DNA from: an uncultured Desulfobacter sp.
GTDB taxonomy: Bacteria; Desulfobacterota; Desulfobacteria; Desulfobacterales; Desulfobacteraceae
NCBI GenBank assembly: GCA_963665095.1
Contig: OY762069.1
Location: 2,336,001-2,400,000, forward strand
Direction of reading: 5' to 3'
Length of the DNA stretch: 64,000 nt
The notes beneath the pieces were generated by a model. The model was not told the DNA's origin. It ran no database searches and saw nothing but the letters and a program-made list of their open reading frames with translations. Position numbers and translations under genes: made by a program. Positions 49,585-59,583 of this stretch are shown here, in pieces. Each line of letters starts with the position of its first letter. Position 1 is the first letter of the stretch.

Positions 49585-50853
49585 TTATTGAGCCCCTTGG
49601 GGCAGGGGCAGAATGTTTTCCGCATAGGGAATCACAAACCCTTTGCCTTCAAGGTTATTCACATATTCATCCAGGTCACGGGCATACCTGAAACCAAACT
49701 GTTTTGTCTGGTCTTCTGAAAAATCAGACACAAGGGTGATGGAAAATCGTTCCAAAAGGTCCGCCACCCGGAATGCCACATAACCGGGCATTGAAAAATC
49801 TCTGGCAAGTACCGCCCCAAGGTCGGCAGACCGCCCGTTGAACCGGGTTAAAGCCGTGCCGAACTCAGGGTTTCCCACACCTTCAAAGGCCCTGGCCGCA
49901 AACAAAATGCAGCCGCCCTCCTTTACTGCATGAACCGCATTAAAAAGGGCTTTTGTGGACTGATAGAGCTGCCCGTCAGTCCTGAATCCCCCTGCCGAGA
50001 TCAGGGCAAAATCAGCTTTATCCTTAATAGACACACAGCAGGCCTGGTTTAATGCCTGGCATCCCTGAAGAAAGGTGGCGGCCAGAGGGCCGGCCCCGGC
50101 GTAAAAAATATGGCCCTGGCCGTTGGCTGCCACCGCAGCATAGGTGCAGGTTTTATTCTTTAAGAACAGGGCTGCTGCCTGTTCCAGATCAAGATGAACC
50201 GGGTTGCCCGCCAGTTCCCCCTGGCGAACCTCCGGATGGGCCAGGCCGTTTTCCCGGAAAGCCAGGGCATGGTTGGCACGGATTGAATCATACCCGGCAA
50301 TGCCCGGCAAAATGTATTTGCGACCGCCCCCGAATCCGGCAATGAGATGATGAAGAATCCCGCCGAAAATAATAATATGGTCTGCATCCACCGCCTCTTT
50401 GGTGATCAGTACCTTTGTTCCCAGATCCGTGGTCCCCACTGGCACCAGCCGGTCGTTATCCTGATTTGCGGAGTTAAGAACGGTGATATGCTGTGCACAC
50501 CACTGGCCCACAAGTGCCGGGAAATCTTCCCGGGCCATGGGGGCATGGGTGCCAAGGGCAATGATGATGCAAATGGAAGATTTAGCAACACCGGCATCCA
50601 GAAGCGCGTTGACAATCACAGGGACATAGAGGTCGCCCCTTGCCCAGAGCCGTGTGTTATCAGGCACAATCACGGCCACCCGGTGCCGGGATACGTTCCG
50701 GGGCAGATGCTGGGTCACACCGTCACGGATTCGGTCCTCAACGATGCTTTGGTCAAGGCAGGGGACGGGATTGCCATTAAGGCTTGAAATGATTTTCTTT
50801 TCCGGCACATCCAGAACAATGCCTGTTCTGCCGTATTCCAGTTCTATTTTCAT
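49585..50853 (-). CDS. larA: Nickel-pincer-dependent lactate racemase family protein
   Basis: VPDNTR, ALGTH, H..AGFGGGRK.ILPG, NH and LYQSTK motifs. Confidence 0.85.
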   Translation of the reverse strand: MKIELEYGRTGIVLDVPEKKIISSLNGNPVPCLDQSIVEDRIRDGVTQHLPRNVSRHRVAVIVPDNTRLWARGDLYVPVIVNALLDAGVAKSSICIIIALGTHAPMAREDFPALVGQWCAQHITVLNSANQDNDRLVPVGTTDLGTKVLITKEAVDADHIIIFGGILHHLIAGFGGGRKYILPGIAGYDSIRANHALAFRENGLAHPEVRQGELAGNPVHLDLEQAAALFLKNKTCTYAAVAANGQGHIFYAGAGPLAATFLQGCQALNQACCVSIKDKADFALISAGGFRTDGQLYQSTKALFNAVHAVKEGGCILFAARAFEGVGNPEFGTALTRFNGRSADLGAVLARDFSMPGYVAFRVADLLERFSITLVSDFSEDQTKQFGFRYARDLDEYVNNLEGKGFVIPYAENILPLPQGAQ

Positions 50854-50898
50854 TATTCCTTTCTTCCGTGGCGGCGTCTGTCTGGAAATGGCAGCCGT

Positions 50899-52284
50899 TT
50901 ATACAAATTTTCCCGGGTTCAGGATATTGTCAGGGTCCACGGCGTTTTTAATGATGCTGATAAACTCAATGGAGTCCTGGTCCATAATCAGGGGAAGAAA
51001 ATGGGGCTTGGCAAGGCCTATGCCGTGTTCGCCCGATATGGTGCCGTTGAGAGCAGCGGCAGCCGCCATTATTTCGTCATAGGCTTTTTCCACCCGGATC
51101 CACTGCTCCCTGTCTGCCTTGTCCGCAGGGATCATGGGATGCATATTGCCGTCACCGGCATGGGCGAGCACGCCCACGGTAAGGTTGTACCTGTTTACAA
51201 TCTCAACAATGGTCCGGGTCATTTCAGGAATTTTGCTTGCCGGCACCGTGATATCCTCGCTGAAAAGGTTGGGGGAGAGCTTTGCAAACACCCCGTAGAC
51301 AGATCGCCGTGCCTGCCACAGTTTTTCCCTTTGTTCCGGGGTCCTTGCCACATCAATATTTGTGGCCCCGTTGGCCTGGACCTTTTGGGTGATCTTTTCA
51401 ATCTCTTTCTCGCAGGCCTGCACCGCCCCGTCCACCTCAATAAGAAGGGTGCCCTCGGCATCAACCGGAAGCCCTATGCCTGCCTTGGCCTCAATGGTCT
51501 GCAAGGTGGTCTTGTCCATAAGTTCCATGGCTGCCGGCAGAATGCCCGCGCCGATGATGTCGGCCACTGACCGGGCTGTATTATCCAGGTTGTCAAAGGT
51601 AACAAGAAGGGTGAACACACTTTCAGGCAGGGGCAGCACCTTCAGAATCACCTGGGTGACAAGCCCCAGGGTTCCTTCAGCCCCGCAGAAAAGCCCGGAC
51701 AGCCTTGGGCCTGACACGCCATTGATAAGCCTGCTGCCCAGATGCATCACCTCTCCCGATGCCAGCACCACTTCCATGCCAAGGACATAATCGGCTGTGA
51801 CCCCATACTTAAGGCACCTGGGACCGCCGGCATTCTGTGCCACATTCCCGCCGATGGTGGAAACAGCCATGGAGCCGGGATCAGGCGGGTAAAAGAAACC
51901 TGAAGGTGCAAGAGCCTTTTGAAGGTCGGCATTGACCACGCCGGGCTCAACAACCACATACCTGTCCCTGGTATTGATCTCAAGAATCCGGTTCATCTTT
52001 GAAAAGCAGAGCACCACCCCGCCCCTGGCAGGAATGCTTGCCCCGCACACCGAGGTGCCGGCCCCCCTTGCGGTAACAGGGATACGGCACCGGGAACAAA
52101 CCGTCACAATGGCCGACACCTCATCCCGGGATACGGGAAAGAGAACAAGGTCAGGCATGGCCTCTTCAAAATAGGCGTCATAGGAGTAACATAAAAGTTT
52201 TTCAGGTGTATCAAAACACCTCTTTTCCCCCACAATCGCCTTTAAATCGGAAATTATTCCGGATTCCATCACGTTGAACATCAC
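50899..52284 (-). CDS. glcD: FAD-linked 2-hydroxyacid oxidase/dehydrogenase, GlcD/D-lactate dehydrogenase-like
   Basis: RGAGT, YPPDP.S, NAGGP..LKYG.T, HAGDGN.H, SGEHGIG and LNPGK. Confidence 0.88.
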   Translation of the reverse strand: MMFNVMESGIISDLKAIVGEKRCFDTPEKLLCYSYDAYFEEAMPDLVLFPVSRDEVSAIVTVCSRCRIPVTARGAGTSVCGASIPARGGVVLCFSKMNRILEINTRDRYVVVEPGVVNADLQKALAPSGFFYPPDPGSMAVSTIGGNVAQNAGGPRCLKYGVTADYVLGMEVVLASGEVMHLGSRLINGVSGPRLSGLFCGAEGTLGLVTQVILKVLPLPESVFTLLVTFDNLDNTARSVADIIGAGILPAAMELMDKTTLQTIEAKAGIGLPVDAEGTLLIEVDGAVQACEKEIEKITQKVQANGATNIDVARTPEQREKLWQARRSVYGVFAKLSPNLFSEDITVPASKIPEMTRTIVEIVNRYNLTVGVLAHAGDGNMHPMIPADKADREQWIRVEKAYDEIMAAAAALNGTISGEHGIGLAKPHFLPLIMDQDSIEFISIIKNAVDPDNILNPGKFV

Positions 52285-52422
52285 TTTCTTGTTTCTATTT
52301 AGAAAAACAAACCCAGAGATATAAGGAAGTGCCTGATTTTGTCAATGTAAATCCCGGCAGGAATACAGAATTATTTGTTAACACATACAATTATTCAGAT
52401 CGCATCACATAGATCCAATGCT

Positions 52423-53403
52423 TTAGTTAGAGCGTGCAAACCGGTCCCGGTAGGCCCTCGGAGAAAGCCCGGTATATTTTTTAAACAGCCGGCGAAATGA
52501 GTTGCTGTCCTCATATCCCACCTGCCAGGTAATGGTATCCACGCTTTCTCGTGTGGTTTCAAGCTGCTGCTTGGCAGCTTCAATGCGCACGCGCTGAAGA
52601 TATCCCAACGGGGAGTCGCCGGTGGCGGCACGGAATCTGCGTTTAAAATGCCGGGAACTGATGTTCAAATCTCCCGCAAGATTCTCCAGGGAGATGGTCC
52701 GGGTAAAATTTTTTTCCATAAACTGCTGGGCCTGTTTAATGGTATGGTCTGCATGGTTTTTGCGGTAATCAAACAGAATAAAGGGGGACTGGCTGGTGCG
52801 GTTGCTTTCAAGCAGCAGCGATTTGGCGCATTTCCGGCAAAGATTCGGGGTGGCGAACCGCTCCAGAATATAAAGGTAAAGATCCAGAAATGCCGTGGTG
52901 GCCCCGGAGCTGACCAGACCTGTATCCTCCACCAGCATCTGCTCGGGCCGAAGGGTCACCAGAGGATAGAGCTGTTTGAAATACCGGGCAAAGGACCAGT
53001 TGGTGGTGGCGGTTTTTCCATCTAAAAGACCTGTTTCCGCCAGAAGAAAGGTGCCTGTACACACGGTGCCGATGGGCACCTTTTTTTCATGATTGCCAAT
53101 AATCCAGTTTTTGACATCTGCGCAAAGCGTGCCGATAAAATCCATAGGTGGCAAAAACCCCGGCAATACGATAAAATCGGTTTCAGTGACGTCATCCAGT
53201 GCTTTATGGGGATCGATGAAGATACCGTTCCTGGCCCCAACTCTTCGGCCGTCCCTGGAGGCAATATCCCAGGAAAAAAGGCTTATGGTATCATCCTCTT
53301 GTTCAAGCTGATGCCACAAATTGGCAATGGCCAGGGAGTCAATGATCCCGGAGATACTGGACATGGTGCAGTTAGGATAGGCAAGCAGGGTAATATGGGC
53401 CAT
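52423..53403 (-). CDS. GlxA-family AraC regulator (DJ-1/PfpI domain + HTH)
   Basis: VCTG.FLLA..GLLDG..ATT; C-terminal VGYED.NSFRRLFKK..G.SP..YR. Confidence 0.92.
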   Translation of the reverse strand: MAHITLLAYPNCTMSSISGIIDSLAIANLWHQLEQEDDTISLFSWDIASRDGRRVGARNGIFIDPHKALDDVTETDFIVLPGFLPPMDFIGTLCADVKNWIIGNHEKKVPIGTVCTGTFLLAETGLLDGKTATTNWSFARYFKQLYPLVTLRPEQMLVEDTGLVSSGATTAFLDLYLYILERFATPNLCRKCAKSLLLESNRTSQSPFILFDYRKNHADHTIKQAQQFMEKNFTRTISLENLAGDLNISSRHFKRRFRAATGDSPLGYLQRVRIEAAKQQLETTRESVDTITWQVGYEDSNSFRRLFKKYTGLSPRAYRDRFARSN

Positions 53404-53535
53404 GACAGAGCATCCTTTTGTCAGTTTCAGCATGGTTTTAGTCATATATGCCTCTTTCCATTTCCCCTTGTCAACCGCTATGTTTGGCATACGCCGTAAC
53501 GGACCCATTTCATCACTACTTTTTGGAGGTAATTT

Positions 53536-54603
53536 ATGTCCGAAGACATTTATCGCAGACTGCAGAAGCAGCTGGACCAGTACTCAATGGGATTTCCCCC
53601 CACTGACTCAGGTATTGACATCAAAATTCTCAAGTATCTGTTTTCTGAATCTGATGCCCACCTTTTCAACGTGTTGACCCCCATGCTTGAAACTGCGGAT
53701 ACCGTGGCCCAGCGTACGGGCCAAGATACAAACGCCGTAGCAGTTCAGCTTGATGACATGGCGGAAAAAGGCCTGCTCTTCCGTCTTAAAAAAGGGGGCG
53801 TGTCCAAATACGGGGCCATTCCCTTTGTTCATGGCCTTTTTGAATTCCAGGTAAAAACCCTGGCCCCGGACTTTGCCGCCATGGCAAAGGAGTACTTTGA
53901 CGAGGCCTTTGATGCAGCCATGCAGAAAAGCGCCGACCTGTTCTTAAGAATCATTCCGGTAAACAAATCCGTTGAAGTGACCCACAATGTGGCAAGTTTT
54001 GAGGATGCCGTGGCCATACTGGAAAAACAGCCATCCATTGTGGTGACAGACTGCATCTGCCGCAAAACCGCCGACCTGGTGGAAGAGAGCTGCGGAAAGC
54101 CTCTGGAGGCCTGCTTCATGTTCGGTTCCATGGGCCAGTACTACCTGGACCGGGATATGGGGCGGAAAGTCACCTTTGATGAGGCGGTTAAAATTATGGA
54201 AGCATGCCGGGAGGCAGGCCTTGTCACCCAGCCGGCCACCTCCCAGAACCCTGCCGGCATGTGCAACTGCTGCGGCGACTGCTGCGGCGTTCTAAGGGCT
54301 TTAAACAAACACCCCCAACCCGCTGAAATTGTCTTTTCCAACTATTTTGCTGAAATTGACCCCGACCTTTGCACGGGATGTGAAACCTGTCTGGACCGCT
54401 GCCAGATGGAGGCCATCACCATTGATGATGACAGCCTGGCAGCACTCAACCGGGATCGCTGTATCGGTTGCGGCCTTTGCGTTCCCACCTGTCCGGTGGA
54501 GGCCATAACCCTTGTGCCCAAAACCGGCGAAGACTACCGGATGCCACCGGCCAATGCCATGGAGCAGATGATGGCCATGGCAAAAAAGAGAGGGGTCATC
54601 TGA
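53536..54603 (+). CDS. Multi-cluster 4Fe-4S protein
   Basis: CICR, C...C and CNCCGDCC motifs plus two CxxCxxCxxxC ferredoxin motifs. Confidence 0.88.
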   Translation: MSEDIYRRLQKQLDQYSMGFPPTDSGIDIKILKYLFSESDAHLFNVLTPMLETADTVAQRTGQDTNAVAVQLDDMAEKGLLFRLKKGGVSKYGAIPFVHGLFEFQVKTLAPDFAAMAKEYFDEAFDAAMQKSADLFLRIIPVNKSVEVTHNVASFEDAVAILEKQPSIVVTDCICRKTADLVEESCGKPLEACFMFGSMGQYYLDRDMGRKVTFDEAVKIMEACREAGLVTQPATSQNPAGMCNCCGDCCGVLRALNKHPQPAEIVFSNYFAEIDPDLCTGCETCLDRCQMEAITIDDDSLAALNRDRCIGCGLCVPTCPVEAITLVPKTGEDYRMPPANAMEQMMAMAKKRGVI

Positions 54604-55721
54604 TGGCGCTCACGAAAGCCCAGATCATTGACAAGGCCCACGAACTGGGCTTTGAAGATGTAGGATTCACCACAGCGGAACCCTTTGATACCCACAAAGA
54701 GTACCTGACAAAACGCCAGAAGGAGTATGGCTGGACCCAAGCGGCAGGCCTGCATCTCATGGCGGGTACAGATCCTTCCACCATTCTGGCAGGGGCTCAA
54801 ACCGTTATCGTCCTCATGGAGGTCTATTTCAGGCAATCTTACCCCAGACATATGGAGGGCCATTTCGGCCGGTGTTACCTGGATGACGACCGGGTCACCA
54901 AAGACGGACTTGCCCTTCGTATCAAGGCCTTCAGAAATTATTTGCGTGACAGCGGCATTGATTCCAAAGTGCCTTTCAACCTGCCCCACCGGGTGGCCGC
55001 GGCCCGGGCCGGCATGGGGACATTCGGTAAAAACTGCCTGTTCTACTCCAACCGGGTGGCACGCAACAGTTCCTGGGTATTGCCCATCGCTGTGGTCATT
55101 GATGCCGCATTTGAGCCGGGAACCCCCAGTGTTGAAATGGGGTGTCCCCAATGGTGCAGAAATGCCTGTATCGCGGCCTGCCCCACCCGGGCACTGCAGG
55201 GCAGCGGCACAATTAACCCTGAAAAATGCATCTCTTTTTTAACCTACTTTGGCCAGGGACTTACACCAAGAGAGCTGCGGGAACCCATGGGCATCTATAT
55301 TTACGGATGTGACCGCTGCCAGAACGTCTGCCCGCGAAACGCCGGGTGGCTGGCGGCTGATCTGCCGATGAACCAAGCCGTAGTGGCAAAAGCGCCGGAT
55401 TTTAACCTGCCGGACCTGCTCCACATGGACACGACCTATTTTAAAACAAAAATCTGGCCCCACATGTTTTACATGAACGCAGATGAAATCTGGCGATGGA
55501 AAATGAATACGGCCCGGGCCATGGGCAACACCAAAGACCAGGCGTATGTCCCGGAACTGATTCGATGCTTTAATGAAAACACGGACGAACGAGTGACGTC
55601 CATGTGTGCCTGGGGCCTGGGCCGATTGGGCGGTCCGGCTGCAAAGAAGGCTTTGACCACCTTTTTGAATGCAAGTCGCGGACTGGTCAAAGAAGAGGTG
55701 GAATATGCCCTGACGCTTTAA
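54603..55721 (+). CDS. Epoxyqueuosine reductase (QueG)-like cobalamin/Fe-S protein
   Basis: LGF..VG, A.RAGMGTFGKN, C...C...C...CPT, CISFLT and YGCDRCQNVCP.N; HEAT-like C-terminus; coupled by TGATG. Confidence 0.8.
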   Translation: MALTKAQIIDKAHELGFEDVGFTTAEPFDTHKEYLTKRQKEYGWTQAAGLHLMAGTDPSTILAGAQTVIVLMEVYFRQSYPRHMEGHFGRCYLDDDRVTKDGLALRIKAFRNYLRDSGIDSKVPFNLPHRVAAARAGMGTFGKNCLFYSNRVARNSSWVLPIAVVIDAAFEPGTPSVEMGCPQWCRNACIAACPTRALQGSGTINPEKCISFLTYFGQGLTPRELREPMGIYIYGCDRCQNVCPRNAGWLAADLPMNQAVVAKAPDFNLPDLLHMDTTYFKTKIWPHMFYMNADEIWRWKMNTARAMGNTKDQAYVPELIRCFNENTDERVTSMCAWGLGRLGGPAAKKALTTFLNASRGLVKEEVEYALTL

Positions 55722-55844
55722 AAATTGGAGACTCAAAAACAGCAGAATTTTACAGTAGGAACATTAATGTTGTCACTATATTATTTTATTTTCCGCATGG
55801 TCCAAACAAAATCGAGATCAAGCGGTTAAATTTAAAGGATGCAA

Positions 55845-56834
55845 TCAGGTCGAAGCTGTTCCGGCAATAACACTCTGAATTACGCCGGCAAGCTTCAAGG
55901 GATCATGGCGCACGATAGCGGCATTGGTGTCAAGCAGGTCTTCCAAAATGACGGTACGGTCTTTCCAGAAGGAATCTGCCTTATCCACATAAACAAAATC
56001 GGATTTTTGTTGCTTATACATATCCAAGACTTCCTGTTTCGGACATGTCAGATTCCCGATCACACCGTCCACTTCCCTGCCCAGCCGCTCTTCAAGCCCT
56101 GAGACAAATTCGCGGCCTGTGAAATGATGGGTTTCCCCGAATTTGGTCATAATATTGACAATGTAATATACCCGTCCCCTGGTCTGCTGGAGGGCTTCCT
56201 TTACACCGGAAACAAGCAAGTTGGGGATAATGCTGGTGAACAGATCACCAGGGCCGATAAAAATATAATCTGCATTTTGAATGGCCTGAAGCACCGGGGG
56301 ATAGACAGAGATGGTGTCATGATGATGGGGCACCAGGAAGACATCCTTGATCCTCTCCCTTTGTGTCCCTCTGGGAATGTCGATGGCTTCCTCGCCGTAA
56401 ATCCGGCTGCCGTCGGTCAGTTCGGCCACCAGAGTGGCCCGGTCAATGGTAACGGGAAGAATGGTCCCTTCAGCGTCAAGAATTTCCGCCAAGGCTGCCA
56501 CTCCGGCCGGGAAATTACCCGTATACCGTGACAGCATTGTTAAAAGCATGTTGCCTGCCGTATGGCCTGCCAGCCGCCGGTCTTTTTTAAATCGTTTTAA
56601 AAGAATCGCCCGGCTGGTCTCCTGATAGGGGGAGAGAGCCAGGATGCACTTTAGAATATCCCCGGGTGGAAGAATACCCAGTTCATCCCTGAGACGTCCG
56701 GTACTTCCCCCTGAATCCACCATGGAGACGATGGCAGTAGTGTGACTGTATTTTAAATCCCTCAGGCCTGACAGCAGCACAAACTGACCCGAGCCGCCGC
56801 CGATGGTGACAATTTGTTTTTTATATTCATCCAT
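55845..56834 (-). CDS. YvcK/CofD (UPF0052) family protein
   Basis: IGGGSG, DSGGSTGRLR, PPGD, GH..GN, GPG.LFTSI.PNL and RHD. Confidence 0.92.
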   Translation of the reverse strand: MDEYKKQIVTIGGGSGQFVLLSGLRDLKYSHTTAIVSMVDSGGSTGRLRDELGILPPGDILKCILALSPYQETSRAILLKRFKKDRRLAGHTAGNMLLTMLSRYTGNFPAGVAALAEILDAEGTILPVTIDRATLVAELTDGSRIYGEEAIDIPRGTQRERIKDVFLVPHHHDTISVYPPVLQAIQNADYIFIGPGDLFTSIIPNLLVSGVKEALQQTRGRVYYIVNIMTKFGETHHFTGREFVSGLEERLGREVDGVIGNLTCPKQEVLDMYKQQKSDFVYVDKADSFWKDRTVILEDLLDTNAAIVRHDPLKLAGVIQSVIAGTAST

Positions 56835-57141
56835 GAAAATTCCTGTTCTGCCGAAGGTCGATTCCTGTTTTGCCGAAATTCGATTGATGAATATGCCTAT
56901 ATCAGATCACCGCCCAAATGTAACTTAAAAAAAGCCGTCTTCCAAAGAAAGTTAGTTCGCGAAATATGGGAATGCCCATGAATATGCCAAAGAACCGGGT
57001 ATTGCGGTTTATATTTATCCTCTCTTCCACTGTTTTTGCCATGAATTTACGGGCCAGATAATACAAAAACCCTGTTGAATCAGGGGAAAGGATGTATAAG
57101 GTATAAAAACCACATCAAAGACAGAAAGGTAAAAATAACAG

Positions 57142-57609
57142 ATGACGCCTGCCATCAACACGTCCCGGAAAGCAAAAATTGCTTTTAAAACACATGAATA
57201 TGATCATGACCCAAGATCCCCGTCCTATGGGGAGGAGGCCGCAGAAAAACTGGGGATCAGCCCGGACCGGGTATTTAAAACCCTGGTGGTGTCCATGGAC
57301 AATTACTCTCTTGGCGTTGCCGTACTGCCCGTGTCATTTCAGCTGAATTTAAAATTGTGTGCCAAAGCTTTAGGGGTAAAAAAAGCGGCCATGGCCGATA
57401 AAAAACTGGTTGAAAGAATCACGGGCTATGTCCTGGGCGGTGTCAGTCCTTTAGGGCAGAAGAAAAAACTTGAAACAGTGGTTCATGAATCTGCAAAAAA
57501 CTATGATACCATATTTGTCAGTGCCGGAAAGCGGGGCCTTGACATTGAATTGTCTCCAAATGACCTGATAAAACTGACCCGGGGCCAATATGGTCAAATT
57601 TGTGAATAA
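57142..57609 (+). CDS. ybaK: Cys-tRNA(Pro) deacylase
   Basis: MTPAI, VFKTLV, TGY.LGGVSPLGQKK and VSAGKRG. Confidence 0.95.
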   Translation: MTPAINTSRKAKIAFKTHEYDHDPRSPSYGEEAAEKLGISPDRVFKTLVVSMDNYSLGVAVLPVSFQLNLKLCAKALGVKKAAMADKKLVERITGYVLGGVSPLGQKKKLETVVHESAKNYDTIFVSAGKRGLDIELSPNDLIKLTRGQYGQICE

Positions 57610-57690
57610 CAGCCCTGTAAGCTATATAGTGCCTCAACGAAACCCCCCGGTTTTTAATGACCAACCCTTCTGCCGGAACATTGCATTGAT

Positions 57691-58092
57691 ATGAAAAAAA
57701 CAGACATTAAAAAAACAACGGACCTGGTGTTATGGTTCTTATTCTGCTTTATTCTGGGAACCGGACTGATGATTCATTACCGGTTGGTACCCGGAGTTCA
57801 GGGCGGTTCCGGCCTGACACTCCTGGGCATGGGCCGCCACGGGTGGGGCACACTTCACTTCTGGACGTCCTGTCTGTTCATTGTCGTCTTAAGCGGGCAT
57901 CTCTATCTAAATATGAATGTGGTCAAAGCCCTCATTGCAGACGGATCAAACCGGAAAGCGGCCGTCCTTTTCGGTATTGGGATACTGATCGTGATTTTTT
58001 TTCTTGTGTTTCCCGTGTTTCAGGGACAAGGGGGATATGGGAAGAACGGGATCTATCACCGTGGACAGCAGTCAGGGCACTTATTCAGATAG
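57691..58092 (+). CDS. DUF4405-like small membrane protein
   Basis: Three TM helices with TG, W..LH.W and H..LN pattern. Confidence 0.65.
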   Translation: MKKTDIKKTTDLVLWFLFCFILGTGLMIHYRLVPGVQGGSGLTLLGMGRHGWGTLHFWTSCLFIVVLSGHLYLNMNVVKALIADGSNRKAAVLFGIGILIVIFFLVFPVFQGQGGYGKNGIYHRGQQSGHLFR

Positions 58093-58286
58093 CGCTAAAC
58101 CCGCCGGACAGTAACACCAAAACATCTTTTTGTTGACAAAAAAGATCGTATTTCATAAGGACTTTTCGAACAGATAAGAATCTGTTTTTTTTTGTAATAA
58201 AACAGATTCTTTTGTACTGCAAGTGGCAATTGCAGCCACCAAATGTAAACAGTACGTCAGGATGCCGGAGCTGATATTATACTGAT

Positions 58287-59390
58287 TTGAAAAATTCACC
58301 TGTTGTTAGCAAAACTGATACCCACTGGAACAAAAAACACTCCCTGGACTTCCTTTATGGGAATGCCCTGCCTTCGTTATCCGGCAGTTTTGCCGTAAAT
58401 TTTATTACTGCCGTTGCCCTGTTTCCCAAAATTTCTCTATCCCCGTTACTTTCATGGTTTTTTGGTGCCTGTCTGATTTCTGCTGGCCGGTTGTTATTGT
58501 GGAAAGGATATCAAAGCAGGAACCAGACACGATCTCCATGGTTCTGGTTAAACAGCTACCGGTTCATGAGCTTTGCCGCCGGGACATTAAACGGCCTGGC
58601 CATGTGGCTGTTCTTTGATTATATTTCAGTTCAATACCAGCTTTTGATATTCTTCTCCATTGTGGGGCTTACCGCTGCGGCCTCCGGTACCCATGGTGCA
58701 GACATGCCGACATTCAGGCTGTTCATGTATCCCTCATGCCTGTTGGCCGTGGCAAAACTTTTATCCAGTGGAGAAAGTTCCTATATGGCGCTCTCCATCA
58801 TGTTTATTTTCTATATTCTGGTAATGGGCCGGGTTGGACGTCAGACCTATACAACGCTTCAGCAGAACTTTCAGCTTACCCACGCCATGCATTACAGAGC
58901 TACCCATGATCCCCTTGTGGGCCTGCTCAATCGGGAGGAATTTCAAAACCAGTTCGAAATTCGCCTGCCGTTAACGTCCCAGAGCGTGGCCATGATGTTT
59001 CTTGATCTGGATAACTTTAAGCCCCTGAACGATACCTTAGGCCATCAGGCCGGTGACAGGGCATTAAAACAGGTCGCAGATATCCTGCAAAACGCTTTCA
59101 GAAAAGGTGATATCATTGCCCGTTTAGGCGGGGATGAATTTGTGGTCCTTCTCTTCCTTGAGGATATTAAACAGGCCGAAAAAATTGCCCGAAGAATTCT
59201 GGATGACATCAAAGCACTCTCCTTTCCCGGTCAGCACAACTATAACGGTTTAACCGCCAGTATCGGCATTGCCTTCAGCCATGACAACAACGTGATGTTT
59301 GCACAGCTGATGCGGATAGCCGATTCCGCATGTTACAAGAGCAAAGCAAAGGGAAGAAATCAGATATCCATCTCCTGCATGGAAAGTTGA
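58287..59390 (+). CDS. Membrane diguanylate cyclase
   Basis: TM N-terminus; HDPLVGL.NR, DLDNFK.LND.LGH.AGD, RxxD I-site (RKGD) and GGDEF. Confidence 0.93.
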   Translation: MKNSPVVSKTDTHWNKKHSLDFLYGNALPSLSGSFAVNFITAVALFPKISLSPLLSWFFGACLISAGRLLLWKGYQSRNQTRSPWFWLNSYRFMSFAAGTLNGLAMWLFFDYISVQYQLLIFFSIVGLTAAASGTHGADMPTFRLFMYPSCLLAVAKLLSSGESSYMALSIMFIFYILVMGRVGRQTYTTLQQNFQLTHAMHYRATHDPLVGLLNREEFQNQFEIRLPLTSQSVAMMFLDLDNFKPLNDTLGHQAGDRALKQVADILQNAFRKGDIIARLGGDEFVVLLFLEDIKQAEKIARRILDDIKALSFPGQHNYNGLTASIGIAFSHDNNVMFAQLMRIADSACYKSKAKGRNQISISCMES

Positions 59391-59583
59391 TTGACAGGGG
59401 GTGTAATCCTTTCTTAACAGAATGCAAACTTCTTTTTTTCAGCTTTAAAAAAACATATTAATTCGACTTGTTAAGGCTGTTCTAAGACTGGGCTGCCCTA
59501 AGAGTTCCCTGTCAGAACCATAGACGAACGGGTAAATATGGTATATTTTTTGCTGTTCCTATAGCAGAAAGGAGAGACCCAAA

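Noticed and set aside
59391..59583. Riboswitch or RiPP precursor upstream of the radical SAM gene
   Set aside because: Only weak short stems and no credible small ORF with an RBS.
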